This document shows, in pieces, positions 8,176-17,944 of a stretch of DNA of 35,354 bases (position 1 is its first letter; each line of letters begins with the position of its first letter). The notes under the pieces were generated by a model. That model ran no database searches. It saw nothing but the letters and a program-made list of their open reading frames with translations, and was not told the DNA's origin. A program made the translations under genes and the position numbers. The stretch spans positions 1 through 35,354 of the forward strand of contig JAVZFM010000001.1 in assembly GCA_038872815.1 (NCBI GenBank), written 5' to 3'. The stretch comes from Candidatus Bathyarchaeia archaeon (lineage in GTDB: Archaea > Thermoproteota > Bathyarchaeia > 40CM-2-53-6 > JAVZFM01).

Positions 8176-9006
8176 CTATAAAAAGCCCCTTTTATAATGC
8201 TTTAATGAAATCTCTTCTTCTTTTAAATACATACTCTGTCTTTTAATCAATAGATCAAAATCTACTAGATGAGCATCAAATTCTGGGCCGTCTACGCAAG
8301 CAAACTTTATTTCATTGTTCACTAAAACTCTACAAACTCCACACATCCCAGTTCCATCTATCATTATTGGATTCAGGCTTGCAATAGTTTTTATTCCATA
8401 AGGACGAGTTATATCGGCTATAGCCTTCATCATTATTACTGGTCCTGCTGTAAAAACCATATCGATTTTAGCTTTTTTATATAAAAGCTCTTTTAGGACA
8501 TCGCTTACAAAACCACGATAACCTTTAGAACCATCATCAGTCGATATATAATATTCATCGCTTATTTCTTTCATTTCATTTTCAAGTATTAAAAGCTCTT
8601 TATTTCTTGCTCCTGTTATGGATATTATTTTGTTCCCAATATCCTTTAAGGCTTTAGCTACAGGATAAACCACAGCTGTAGCTACACCCCCTCCTACTAC
8701 AGCTACATTGCCATAAAGTTTAATTTCAGATGGCTTTCCTAATGGACCAACTACATCTAGGATTTTATCACCCTCCTCTAGCTCTCCAAGCATTTTAGTT
8801 GTTTTTCCAACTTCTTGAAAAATTATTGTTATAGTTTCAGATTCTTTTTCAGCTTCAACTATAGTTAATGGAATTCTTTCTCCTTTTTCATGAACTCTAA
8901 CGATTATAAATTGTCCTGGTTTATAACTTTTAGCAATAAATGGAACTTTTAACTTCATCAGTTTTATGCCATAAGCAATTTGCTTTTTAAATATGATTTC
9001 GTTCAT
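8176..9006 (-). CDS. Ferredoxin-NADP+ reductase-like FAD/[2Fe-2S] small subunit (NfnA / SudB / PyrK-like)
   Basis: 276 aa. FNR-like RxPLT(I) FAD motif (RIPLTIV), GGGVATAV NAD(P) fold, and the C-terminal Cys cluster DGTGMCGVCRV...ACVDGPEF. Confidence 0.85.
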   Translation of the reverse strand: MNEIIFKKQIAYGIKLMKLKVPFIAKSYKPGQFIIVRVHEKGERIPLTIVEAEKESETITIIFQEVGKTTKMLGELEEGDKILDVVGPLGKPSEIKLYGNVAVVGGGVATAVVYPVAKALKDIGNKIISITGARNKELLILENEMKEISDEYYISTDDGSKGYRGFVSDVLKELLYKKAKIDMVFTAGPVIMMKAIADITRPYGIKTIASLNPIMIDGTGMCGVCRVLVNNEIKFACVDGPEFDAHLVDFDLLIKRQSMYLKEEEISLKHYKRGFL

Positions 9007-9490
9007 TAGCTCTCACATAATTCCAAATTCTCATAATGCTTTTATTATAAAGAGTGAAGCTTTTTATGCCTTTGTCATAGAACTGATTTTAAAGAATTTT
9101 TGGATAACGCTAGAAGTATTGTATAAACCTTGCTTATAAAAAAGCACTAATTGATGAATAGCATGCTTTCGATATAGCTTTAACTAGGTGGAGAAAAATA
9201 AATTTTTTAAATTAAAAAGCATTTTAAGGATTTTATATAAGTTTTAGGGCCTATCAAATCCTTAATTAGGTTTAAATCTATCAACTAAGCTTTTGAATCC
9301 AAATCCATATAGCTAAAGGCTTGTAGAGCAAAAATGTAAATACGATACATCATGTAGAATAATGAGTTCTTTTGTAGCTCATCAAAATTAACTATGGGAA
9401 AACTCTAAATTAAACCTTAAGTTGGAGCTCCTCTCTGAGAACAAAATTTTTAAATAGCGCTTTAATCATATAACTTTTTAGGTGAAAAAC

Positions 9491-10516
9491 ATGAGTAGTG
9501 AGAAAAAACCAAAAACTAAAACTATTACCATCGCAATTCTTGTAATAATTATTATAGTTATTGCAGCCATTGGAGTATATTGGCTTACGCGTCCTCCACC
9601 TGCACCGCCAAAGAAGGTCCTAAAGGTTGCTTTAATCCTCCCAGGTAAGATAGATGACGTTTCATGGAATCAAGCAGCTTACGAAGCATTGATGTGGCTT
9701 AAAAAAGAATATGGAGATGAAATTGAAGTTACTTATACTGAAGGTGTTTATGATCCTGTTGATATAGTGCCAGCGCTTAGAGATTATGCCGAAAAAGGTT
9801 ATGACTTTATTATTGGTCATGGCTTTCAATTTATGGAACCAATAATCGAAGTGGCACCTGATTATCCAAACGTAGGGTTTGCACTTGGTACAGGTTATAA
9901 AACTGTAGAGAACAGTGCCATCTACGATGTGAGACTTGAAGAAGGAGGCTATCTTATGGGAGTATTGGCGGCATTAATGACTAAAACGAATAAGATAGGC
10001 GTAATTGGAGGAGTTGATGTAGTTGAGATTTATAGAGGGCATGAAGGCTTTAAGTTAGGTGCAAAATCTATTAAACCCGATATAACTATATATGAGCATT
10101 ATACAGGTGATTGGAGAGATGCTGCTGGAGCTAAGGAAGCAGCTATAGCTATGGCTGAATTAGGGGCAGATGTAATATGGCATAGTGGTGATGGATTAGG
10201 TTTAGGTGTGATAGAGGCAGCAAAGGAAAAGAAGTTTTGGGTAATGGGCACTCCAGTTGACCAAAAACCACTTGCTCCAGAAAGGATGCTTTCTTGTGTA
10301 GTGTATTCATGGGGTCCTCTCTTTAAACAAATGATCGAAGATTATAAAGCTGGAAAATACGGTGGAAAGACTTATTGGGCTACTTTTGCAAATGGTGGGA
10401 TTTCTTTGGCACCATTTTCCGATGCAGTGCCAAAAGAGATTAGAGACAAAGTAGAGCAAATAAAGCAGGATATTATAACTGGTAAACTTAAAGTAGAAGT
10501 CCCCGAGCGCGCTTAG
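9491..10516 (+). CDS. BMP-family (PnrA/Med-like) ABC substrate-binding protein, probably nucleoside-binding, anchored by an N-terminal TM helix
   Basis: The ORF track starts at GTG 9482. ATG 9491 sits 6 nt after an AGGTGA Shine-Dalgarno-like site, so I prefer it. The N-terminal hydrophobic anchor is followed by a Pro-rich linker (RPPPAPP). The BMP-like core includes KVALILPGKIDDVSWNQ. Confidence 0.8.
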   Translation: MSSEKKPKTKTITIAILVIIIIVIAAIGVYWLTRPPPAPPKKVLKVALILPGKIDDVSWNQAAYEALMWLKKEYGDEIEVTYTEGVYDPVDIVPALRDYAEKGYDFIIGHGFQFMEPIIEVAPDYPNVGFALGTGYKTVENSAIYDVRLEEGGYLMGVLAALMTKTNKIGVIGGVDVVEIYRGHEGFKLGAKSIKPDITIYEHYTGDWRDAAGAKEAAIAMAELGADVIWHSGDGLGLGVIEAAKEKKFWVMGTPVDQKPLAPERMLSCVVYSWGPLFKQMIEDYKAGKYGGKTYWATFANGGISLAPFSDAVPKEIRDKVEQIKQDIITGKLKVEVPERA

Positions 10517-10529
10517 TAAACTTATAACC

Positions 10530-10540
10530 TTTTCTTTTTT
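10530..10540 (+). terminator. Oligo-T tract after the binding-protein gene (possible intra-operon attenuation site)
   Basis: TTTTCTTTTTT lies 14 nt after the TAG stop. Archaeal termination typically uses oligo-T. Position only, no experimental support. Confidence 0.3.
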
Positions 10541-10561
10541 ACTTAGAAGAGTAAATAGGCT

Positions 10562-11599
10562 ATGCGTTTAAAAATTCCATCATTACTTAATCTTTTTCTT
10601 CCATTTATTACTATAACAATGGCATTTTCTATAGGAGCAATTCTATTACTTATAACTGGTGTAAATCCTATTTATGCCTATTGGACTCTTTTTATTGGCG
10701 CCTTTGGAAGTTTACATGCAATTGCTGAAACTCTAGTAAAGACTACACCTTTTATAATAATTGGTTTAGGAATAGCTATAGCTTTTAAATGTAAATTTTG
10801 GAACATTGGTGCAGAAGGACAATTAGTAATAGGAGCTATACTTGCTACTTGGATAGGAATTGTTTTAAAATCGATGCCACCACTTTTAGTAATTCCCTTA
10901 GCTATGATACTTGGATTTTTAGGAGGAGCTTTATGGGCTATAATGCCAGCTCTTTTTAAAGTAAAGTTTGGGATAAATGATATAATAACTACACTCATGA
11001 TGAATTATTTAGCTACATTAGGACTGAATTATTTAGTAAGAGGCCCTCTTATAGATCCTTACGGATATGGTTTCCCTCAATCACCCCTACTTCCAAGTTC
11101 AATACTTTTACCAAAGCTTATACCAGGCACTCGTTTGCACTCTGGAGTTTTAATGGCTTTGCTCTTAGCCATAGTTGCTTATATAATTCTTGAAAAGAGT
11201 ATATTAGGTTATAAGCTTAAAGTTGTAGGAGAAAATCCAGATGCGGCAAGATATAGTGGAATAAACGTGACCTTAAACATTTTAATCTCGGCTATACTAA
11301 GTGGAGGTCTTGCTGGTATAGCTGGAATGATTGAAATTTATGGCGTTCATAAGCGATTATTAGATGGGATTTCAGGGGGGTTTGGTTATATCGGTATACC
11401 AATTGCTTTAGTAGGAGGCCTAAGCCCGATTGGAATTATAGGTTCCGCATTATTTTTTGCGAGTTTATTCGTTGGAGCTGATGCTATGCAACGCAGTACA
11501 GCTATACCTATAAATTTAGTTTACGCTATTGAGGGACTTATAATGTTATTCATAACTCTAAGTGAATATTTAAGAAGAAAATATTTAAGAAGTTGGTAA
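10562..11599 (+). CDS. BMP/sugar-type ABC transporter permease (first of two)
   Basis: 345 aa, polytopic and Gly/Ile/Leu-rich. Has the family-typical NIGAEGQ motif and sits directly downstream of the BMP binding protein. Confidence 0.8.
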   Translation: MRLKIPSLLNLFLPFITITMAFSIGAILLLITGVNPIYAYWTLFIGAFGSLHAIAETLVKTTPFIIIGLGIAIAFKCKFWNIGAEGQLVIGAILATWIGIVLKSMPPLLVIPLAMILGFLGGALWAIMPALFKVKFGINDIITTLMMNYLATLGLNYLVRGPLIDPYGYGFPQSPLLPSSILLPKLIPGTRLHSGVLMALLLAIVAYIILEKSILGYKLKVVGENPDAARYSGINVTLNILISAILSGGLAGIAGMIEIYGVHKRLLDGISGGFGYIGIPIALVGGLSPIGIIGSALFFASLFVGADAMQRSTAIPINLVYAIEGLIMLFITLSEYLRRKYLRSW

Positions 11600-11606
11600 A
11601 TGCGCA

Positions 11607-12554
11607 ATGTTAGAAATTATTTTTAATGAAAATTTCATAATAGGATTATTAGCTGCAGCTGTTCGATTCTCTACACCATTGATTTTACCAGCCTTTGGAG
11701 AAATTTTAGCTGAGCGCTCAGGAGTTTTAAATTTGGGCGTAGAAGGGATAATGCTTATGGGAGCATTTCTAGGTTTTATAGGGGCATATTTTACAGGTGA
11801 CTTATTCATAGGTATAGCCTTTAGCATAATCATTGGAGCTATTTTAGGTTTAATTCATGCGTTTGTATGTGTAACATTACGTGCAAACCAGATAGTTAGC
11901 GGTATGGCTATTTGGTTTTTAGGCTGGGGAATGTCAGGATTTCTTTATAGAATGATCTTCGGAATAAGGCCTCTTCCTGTAACAATCGAGGGATTTAAAA
12001 CTATCAATGTACCACTTCTTAGTGAAATTCCATTTATAGGGCAAATTTTATTTCAACAAAACCTTTTGGTATATATTTCCCTAATTCTCATTCCTATAAT
12101 GTACTTAGCCATTTTTAAGACTACATTTGGGCTAAAGATAAGAGCTACTGGAGAAAATCCAAGAACAGCAGATGTTGCAGGAGTGAATGTATATTTAATC
12201 AGGTATATTTGCGTAATTACAGGAGGTGCTTTAGCCGGATTAGGTGGAGGATATTTATCGCTTGCACATTTAAACATGTTTATAGATAACATGACTTTAG
12301 GAAGAGGATTTATAGCCATTGCGATAGTTTATTTTGGTAAATGGAATCCTTACAAGACGTTTATAGGTGCTCTTATATTTGGTGGTGTGGATGCTCTTCA
12401 ATCCCGTCTTCAAGCTATGAAATTAGGCATACCTTTTCAGTTTTTATTAATGCTCCCTTATGCTTTAACTATACTAGCTCTTTTGGGCTTAGCAAGAAAA
12501 GCTGAATCTCCAGCAGCATTAACAATTCCTTATCAAAGGGAAGAAAAAGAGTAA
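11607..12554 (+). CDS. BMP/sugar-type ABC transporter permease (second of two)
   Basis: 315 aa, polytopic, with an NLGVEG motif paralogous to the previous permease. Spacer of 7 nt. Confidence 0.8.
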   Translation: MLEIIFNENFIIGLLAAAVRFSTPLILPAFGEILAERSGVLNLGVEGIMLMGAFLGFIGAYFTGDLFIGIAFSIIIGAILGLIHAFVCVTLRANQIVSGMAIWFLGWGMSGFLYRMIFGIRPLPVTIEGFKTINVPLLSEIPFIGQILFQQNLLVYISLILIPIMYLAIFKTTFGLKIRATGENPRTADVAGVNVYLIRYICVITGGALAGLGGGYLSLAHLNMFIDNMTLGRGFIAIAIVYFGKWNPYKTFIGALIFGGVDALQSRLQAMKLGIPFQFLLMLPYALTILALLGLARKAESPAALTIPYQREEKE

Positions 12555-12566
12555 TTTTATCATTAT

Positions 12567-13061
12567 CTATAATGTTCTTTTTTCTAGTATATGGCTGATA
12601 TATTTAGAGCGCTTTTCTACTCCAGCCTTTTTCTTTAAAATTCCAAATTTATCGGCTCTTACATATTCAAGAGCATTAGTCGGGCAGAACTCAACACATT
12701 GAGGATCACCATTGCATAAATCACATTTTATTATCTTATTTGTTTTAATGTCTATAGAAATACCTCCAAATGGACATACAAGCATACATATTTTACATCC
12801 TATACATTTATTTTCGTTAATCATAATAGCGTTAGTTTTCTCATCTCTATAAATGGCTCCAGTTATGCAAGCTTCTTTACAAAGAGGGGTTTCACAATGT
12901 TGACATAACATTGGGATATCAAGCCCCTCCTCATATTTTAAAATAGAAATACGTGATCTTTTTATGTTAAAAACATTTGTATGATGTAAGGAACATACTA
13001 ATTCACAAATCCTACAGCCAGTACACTTTTCAGGATTAACAACCAACAACTTTAATATCAT
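12567..13061 (-). CDS. Four-cluster [4Fe-4S] polyferredoxin, probable electron-transfer partner of the adjacent AOR (AorA-like)
   Basis: 164 aa with four Cys motifs: CTGCRICELVC, CQHCETPLCKEAC, CIGCKICMLVCP, CDLCNGDPQCVEFCP. Lies 24 nt downstream of the AOR gene. Confidence 0.8.
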   Translation of the reverse strand: MILKLLVVNPEKCTGCRICELVCSLHHTNVFNIKRSRISILKYEEGLDIPMLCQHCETPLCKEACITGAIYRDEKTNAIMINENKCIGCKICMLVCPFGGISIDIKTNKIIKCDLCNGDPQCVEFCPTNALEYVRADKFGILKKKAGVEKRSKYISHILEKRTL

Positions 13062-13085
13062 GAAGTTTCACCTTAAATGATCTCA

Positions 13086-15014
13086 CTAATGCAGATAAAT
13101 AGAAGATTTTTCTAGTTTATCAATTGCATTCTCTAGCCCCAATTCAATAAGTTTATCTTTAGTAGGGATGCCAGTCTCAATATTCCATTCTCTTTCACTG
13201 TAATACTCATCCAACATTGGTTCTAGATTAACAACTTCACCTTTTAAAGGTCCATTTGGCAAAGGCTCTTTTAAAAATCTTTCAGGTAAATTATCATCCT
13301 TCCTTGAAAATCCTCTAATCACATTAAATACTCTTTCAAGATTAATTATTCTTTCTCCAATTTTTAAAAGATTACTTTCCTCAATTGTTATGCCAGTAAC
13401 AGCGTTAATAAGTTTCGCTAATGCTTTAGGAAATAAAAAACTATTTTCAAGTATTTTTTTACTTAATGGAGTTCGAGCGAAGTTATAAACACAAATCTCT
13501 AACGAATCAATGATTGCACGAATATTTTCATGCCATATTACTAGTCTTCCCTTTCCTTTTATACCCCTTAGATCTACAGCTTCTTTTGTACTAAACATTT
13601 CTTCAGCTAAACTTGGAGGAAAATGGAATTCGCCTATCGGAAATGCTCTTAAATGGTCCGCGCCCCTACTTGCAACAGCAAATCCTAAAGCCCAAGCTTT
13701 TGGCCCTCTAGGATCAACATTTATTATATCTACGCCCTTAATTACTGGGGCAATTTTTCTAGCTTCATTTCCTATTCTATTAGCCATTCTTTCTACTCCT
13801 TCAGCTAAAAAGTTTCCAAAATCCTCTCTTTTTGCAATTTTATGTATTAGAGATATTATTTGTTCATGGTTGCCCCACTCTAACTTGATGCCACCAGTAT
13901 CTTCAATACTTATTAATCCTTTTTCAAAACATTCAATAGCGAATGCTATTGTTGATGAAGTAGATATAGTGTCCAATCCATATTTATTACAAAGTTCATT
14001 TGCCATTAAAATAGAAGATAAGTCGCTATTTCCGCATCTAGATCCAAAGCCACAAATAGTTTCAAATTCAAGCCCCTCGCCTTCTATGCCTGCATAAGGA
14101 CCTTTTTCAACTCTATACCAATGACTACAATGCAAAGGACAACTAAAACATGCTTTAGAACGAACAGCATAATCAGAAATGAAAACATTACCACTTATTT
14201 TAGATGCCCCCTCAAAAGTTCCCCTTTGAAAGTTCTTAGTAGGTAATGCGCCCATATCTTGGTATAAATCTACAAGTGATGGGGATCCTTGAATAGAGAA
14301 AGCTTTATAATAACCTTCATCAAGTAAAAGAGCTTCATAATTTTTCTTTATAACTTCTATTAACGCTTTTGGATTTGCTACAGAAACATCTTTGGTTCCA
14401 CGTACAGCTATTGCCTTTAATTTTTTTGATCCCATAACAGCTCCTATTCCACATCTTGCAGCAGCTCTAGCCCTTTCATTCATAACACAGGCGTATCTAA
14501 CAAGATTTTCGCCTGCTTGTCCAATGTAAACCATGCCAATATCTTCGTCCCCAATTTCTTTTTTAATGATTGTATCTGTTTCCCATGTTGTTTTACCCCA
14601 TATATGATCTGCACTTTTTATCTCAACGCTTTCATCATCTATCCATAAGTAAACAGGCTTTCTCGCTGCTCCATAGATTACTATTGCATCATACCCAGCA
14701 AACTTAAGCATAGCGCCAAAAAAACCACCAGAATTTCCATCCCCTAGCATGTTTCCTAAAGGAGATAAAGCACTTACCGTATACCTATTTGAACCCGGAG
14801 CTAAAGTTCCATTAACTGGTCCAATACCAAACACTAATATATTTTCTGGACCTAAAGGATCTATTCTAAGTTTTAATTCATCGTATAAAATTTTAACGTT
14901 CAGTCCCCTCCCTCCAAGATAATTAAGAGCTAAATCTTTTTCGAGAGGAGTTTTCCATACTTTTTCCTCGGTTAAATTTACTCTTAAAATAGTTCCAGCC
15001 CATCCATACTTCAT
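13086..15014 (-). CDS. Aldehyde:ferredoxin oxidoreductase family tungstopterin enzyme (paralog 1)
   Basis: 642 aa. N-terminal YGWAGTILRVNLT, cluster motif CFSCPLHC, and GLDTIS and ASRGADHLR blocks typical of the AOR family. Confidence 0.9.
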   Translation of the reverse strand: MKYGWAGTILRVNLTEEKVWKTPLEKDLALNYLGGRGLNVKILYDELKLRIDPLGPENILVFGIGPVNGTLAPGSNRYTVSALSPLGNMLGDGNSGGFFGAMLKFAGYDAIVIYGAARKPVYLWIDDESVEIKSADHIWGKTTWETDTIIKKEIGDEDIGMVYIGQAGENLVRYACVMNERARAAARCGIGAVMGSKKLKAIAVRGTKDVSVANPKALIEVIKKNYEALLLDEGYYKAFSIQGSPSLVDLYQDMGALPTKNFQRGTFEGASKISGNVFISDYAVRSKACFSCPLHCSHWYRVEKGPYAGIEGEGLEFETICGFGSRCGNSDLSSILMANELCNKYGLDTISTSSTIAFAIECFEKGLISIEDTGGIKLEWGNHEQIISLIHKIAKREDFGNFLAEGVERMANRIGNEARKIAPVIKGVDIINVDPRGPKAWALGFAVASRGADHLRAFPIGEFHFPPSLAEEMFSTKEAVDLRGIKGKGRLVIWHENIRAIIDSLEICVYNFARTPLSKKILENSFLFPKALAKLINAVTGITIEESNLLKIGERIINLERVFNVIRGFSRKDDNLPERFLKEPLPNGPLKGEVVNLEPMLDEYYSEREWNIETGIPTKDKLIELGLENAIDKLEKSSIYLH

Positions 15015-15935
15015 AAATCAAACCCCATTATAAAATTCAAAAATAATTGCTAAACTAAATTAATAATGATGTACAGTTTTCATATAAATCTTTGTATATA
15101 CTTGTTTACCTTTAACTTAAGCCCATCGCTTTCATCATCATAGCTATGAACCTTAAATACTCAAGCTTTGATGAGCTTTCTAAAAGCGGCTTGTTCCTTA
15201 TTATGATGGAATATGTGAATACATTTCACATAGCTTTTCTTTCTCTTGAACCCATCTGTTATAGAACACTTCCATATGGCTACATGACCTCTCTTTATCC
15301 AAGCTATAAAAGATGCTCTTATTAGGCTGTTACAGCAGAAGCAAAAATATACACCATGAAGCATAAACCAAAGTGAGGCTCTCATATATATGACTATGTT
15401 TTTCATAGGAAAAAGGATATGCTCTTAAGGCAGAAATTTTTAGGAAATGAATAAAGCATTTTAAGGCTCCTCCAAGAATTTATTAGTGTTATTCCTTAAA
15501 AATAGAAAAAATGCCTAAAATCCTTAATTTGACATAAAAGGAGGAAAAGAGGAAATTTAAATTCCCATGAAAACCATGATTTTATCTCACGATATTCTTG
15601 TATGAGCGTAATTATCTTTACAGCGATTTTCAAAAAATTCTATGAATTGAGATTACTCCACTTAAAATTAAACACAGCTTTAGAAAATTTCCTTTAAACT
15701 TGCTTTTTAAAGGATCAAGGTATATAGTAGTTTTTTATAGTTTACGTTACATTACATGAGTAAACGTATGATTCGATATTTTTATTTCGTTAAAAAGAGC
15801 TATGATATCGAGTTCCTTTTAAACAAACCTTCAACCAAATCGTAGCCACTGTAATTTTAATTCAATGATATTAAAGATACAAAAGAGAAAGTGCCTAAAG
15901 GATTTCATGAAAGTTTCTTAGCTATAGTCCAATAG

Positions 15936-15960
15936 AATGAGTTTATTTAAACTCATTTTT
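15936..15960. terminator. Perfect 10-bp hairpin with flanking T/A runs just past the adenine deaminase stop
   Basis: AATGAGTTTA-TT-TAAACTCATT followed by TTT on the plus strand and preceded by AAAA on the minus-strand read. Lies 27-51 nt beyond the stop at 15987. It could terminate either strand. Confidence 0.35.
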
Positions 15961-15986
15961 AAAATTAAGTACTTATGTTAAAGAAC

Positions 15987-17753
15987 TCACTCTATTTTTA
16001 CATCAACTATTCGATGGCTTTTTACATCTATCAATCCTTTATCAGTTAGCCCCAGCTCAGGAACTGTAGGCAATGAAATGAATGAAAGTGTCATGAATGG
16101 AGATTTTAACTTACATCCAAGCATTTTTACAGAATTGTTTAAGCTTTCCAATCTTTCAATTACATCCTTAGCATTAAGCGTACTCATAAGACCTGCAATT
16201 GGTAGTTCTAATTTTTCTAAGACTTTTCCTTGTTTTACTACTATAAGCCCTCCATGCATATCAGCTATTGAATTAACTGCTACAGCCATATCAAGGTTGT
16301 TTGTTCCTACTACAACTATATTATGATGATCATGAGCTACTGAAGAGCCAATTGCTCCATCTTTTAGGTTAAAGCCTTTTACAAAAGCTAATGTAATTCT
16401 TCCAGTTCGCTTATGTCTTTCTACGCATGCTATTTTTAGTATATCGTTTTCTAAATCTACTTGTACTTCATTATTCTTTACGCTTAAATCTGCATAAGTT
16501 CCTTTATTTATTATTTGATCTTCTATAATTTGAATTACTCTAACACGTTGTTCTTGCTTTTTGCTTTTTAAAACAAAGTCTGAAGGCTTTAATCTTCTTC
16601 GAAGCTTTACTGTATTCATAGCCCATTTTGGCCATTTAAGCATAGGCAAATCTTTTAAAAATTTTCCATTTTTTGCAACTATTTCTCCATTTGCAATTAC
16701 TATTTCAGGCTTAAATTCTTTTAAATCTTTAACCAAAATTATATCCGCTATTCTTCCAGGAGCTATAATTCCTACCTTATCATCGATTCTAAAATGTTTA
16801 GCGCAATTTATAGTGGCTATTTGAATTGCTTTTATAGGATCAAGCCCAAGTTTTATTGCTTTTCTTACATTATAGTCTATATGTCCTTCTTGAATAATAT
16901 CGTTTGGATGTTTATCGTCAGTACAAAAGAATAAATTGCTAGAATCTATTCTATACTCAACAGCAACTTTTATAAGCTCTTCAAGGTTCCTTTCGCTAGA
17001 ACCTTCTCTTATCGCAATTCCCATACCTAGCCTTAACCTTTCTAAAGCTTCTTGCGCATTTACACATTCATGATCATCGCAAAGCCCAGCTGCAATGTAC
17101 GCATTTAATTCTTTTCCGCTTAATCCAGCAGCATGTCCAACTCTTATTTTATTAAGCTTTTTTGCAGCAATAACTTTTTTGAGGTGCTCATTTTTTGGAG
17201 GAATAACTTTAGATGGATCTAACTCGCCTAAAGCAATAGTATTTTCCCATTCAAGTATTTTCATGACTTCTTTTAAGCCCAAAGTTGCGCCAGTTGTTTC
17301 TAAACCAGGAGCTGTTGGCACTCTAGAAGATATTTGAACAAAAGTTTTAAGAGGAGTTTTCCAAGCTTCTTCAAGCAATAGCCTTATGCCTTTTAAGCCT
17401 AGTACGTTCGCTATTTCCATAGGATCTATGAGAACTGTTGTTGTTCCATGTGGCAAAATGATTTTAGCTAATTGACTTGGTGTAAGCAAAGTAGAATCTA
17501 AATGGATATGAGCATCTATTAAGCCTGGAACAGCATAATAACCATCACATTCTAAAGTTTCTTTACTGGAATATTCGATTTCACATATGCTAGCTATTCT
17601 TCCTGAAACTATGCTTATGTTCGTTTTAAAAATCTCTCTAGTAAAAACATCTACTAAATTACAATTTTTTAAAAGTAAGTCTGCAGGATATTTTCCTAAA
17701 GCAGTGTTTATAACTTTTTTAATTAAAGAGAATTCATTCATCATGAATTTCAT
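15987..17753 (-). CDS. ade: Adenine deaminase
   Basis: 588 aa, the typical length. Amidohydrolase HxH motif in LIDAHIHLDS, plus the C-terminal adenine-deaminase domain pattern (SVAHDHHNIVVVG ... GGLIVV). Confidence 0.85.
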   Translation of the reverse strand: MKFMMNEFSLIKKVINTALGKYPADLLLKNCNLVDVFTREIFKTNISIVSGRIASICEIEYSSKETLECDGYYAVPGLIDAHIHLDSTLLTPSQLAKIILPHGTTTVLIDPMEIANVLGLKGIRLLLEEAWKTPLKTFVQISSRVPTAPGLETTGATLGLKEVMKILEWENTIALGELDPSKVIPPKNEHLKKVIAAKKLNKIRVGHAAGLSGKELNAYIAAGLCDDHECVNAQEALERLRLGMGIAIREGSSERNLEELIKVAVEYRIDSSNLFFCTDDKHPNDIIQEGHIDYNVRKAIKLGLDPIKAIQIATINCAKHFRIDDKVGIIAPGRIADIILVKDLKEFKPEIVIANGEIVAKNGKFLKDLPMLKWPKWAMNTVKLRRRLKPSDFVLKSKKQEQRVRVIQIIEDQIINKGTYADLSVKNNEVQVDLENDILKIACVERHKRTGRITLAFVKGFNLKDGAIGSSVAHDHHNIVVVGTNNLDMAVAVNSIADMHGGLIVVKQGKVLEKLELPIAGLMSTLNAKDVIERLESLNNSVKMLGCKLKSPFMTLSFISLPTVPELGLTDKGLIDVKSHRIVDVKIE

Positions 17754-17944
17754 TTATTAAAAACTTTGCATTTATTAAACTTTTGATTGTATAGTAGCTT
17801 CGATTAAAGAGAATGATTAAAAAAGCTATTTAGCTATGGCAATTTAACTTCTCTTCTGTTATGAAAAATAGTTAAATAATGGTAAATGAGAAAATATTAT
17901 TGAATCAAGAAAATAGTTTATTGGGTTTTGGAGGTTTTTAATCG

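Noticed and set aside
9482-9490. GTG start at 9482 for the BMP binding protein, as given by the ORF track
   Set aside because: The GTG lies inside the AGGTGA Shine-Dalgarno-like sequence, which is positioned 6 nt upstream of ATG 9491. The ATG start is more plausible.
10678-12319. ORFs 10678-10998(-), 11585-11833(-) and 12053-12319(-)
   Set aside because: Antisense to the two well-supported ABC permease genes. The translations are Pro/Ile/Lys-rich mirror sequences without family features.
13510-14097. 195-aa ORF on the plus strand inside the first AOR gene
   Set aside because: Entirely nested antisense within a 642-aa AOR that has all family motifs. The translation is Ser/Pro/Ile-rich with no recognisable domain.
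15161-15406. 81-aa ORF (MKNIVIYMRASLWFMLHGVYFCFCC...) in the 15-16 kb gap
   Set aside because: It has no recognisable family, an odd Cys/Phe/His-rich composition and no convincing ribosome-binding or promoter context. It is kept only as part of the gap finding and is not called as a gene.
16078-17337. ORFs 16078-16326(+), 16561-16824(+) and 17095-17337(+)
   Set aside because: Antisense shadows within the adenine deaminase gene.
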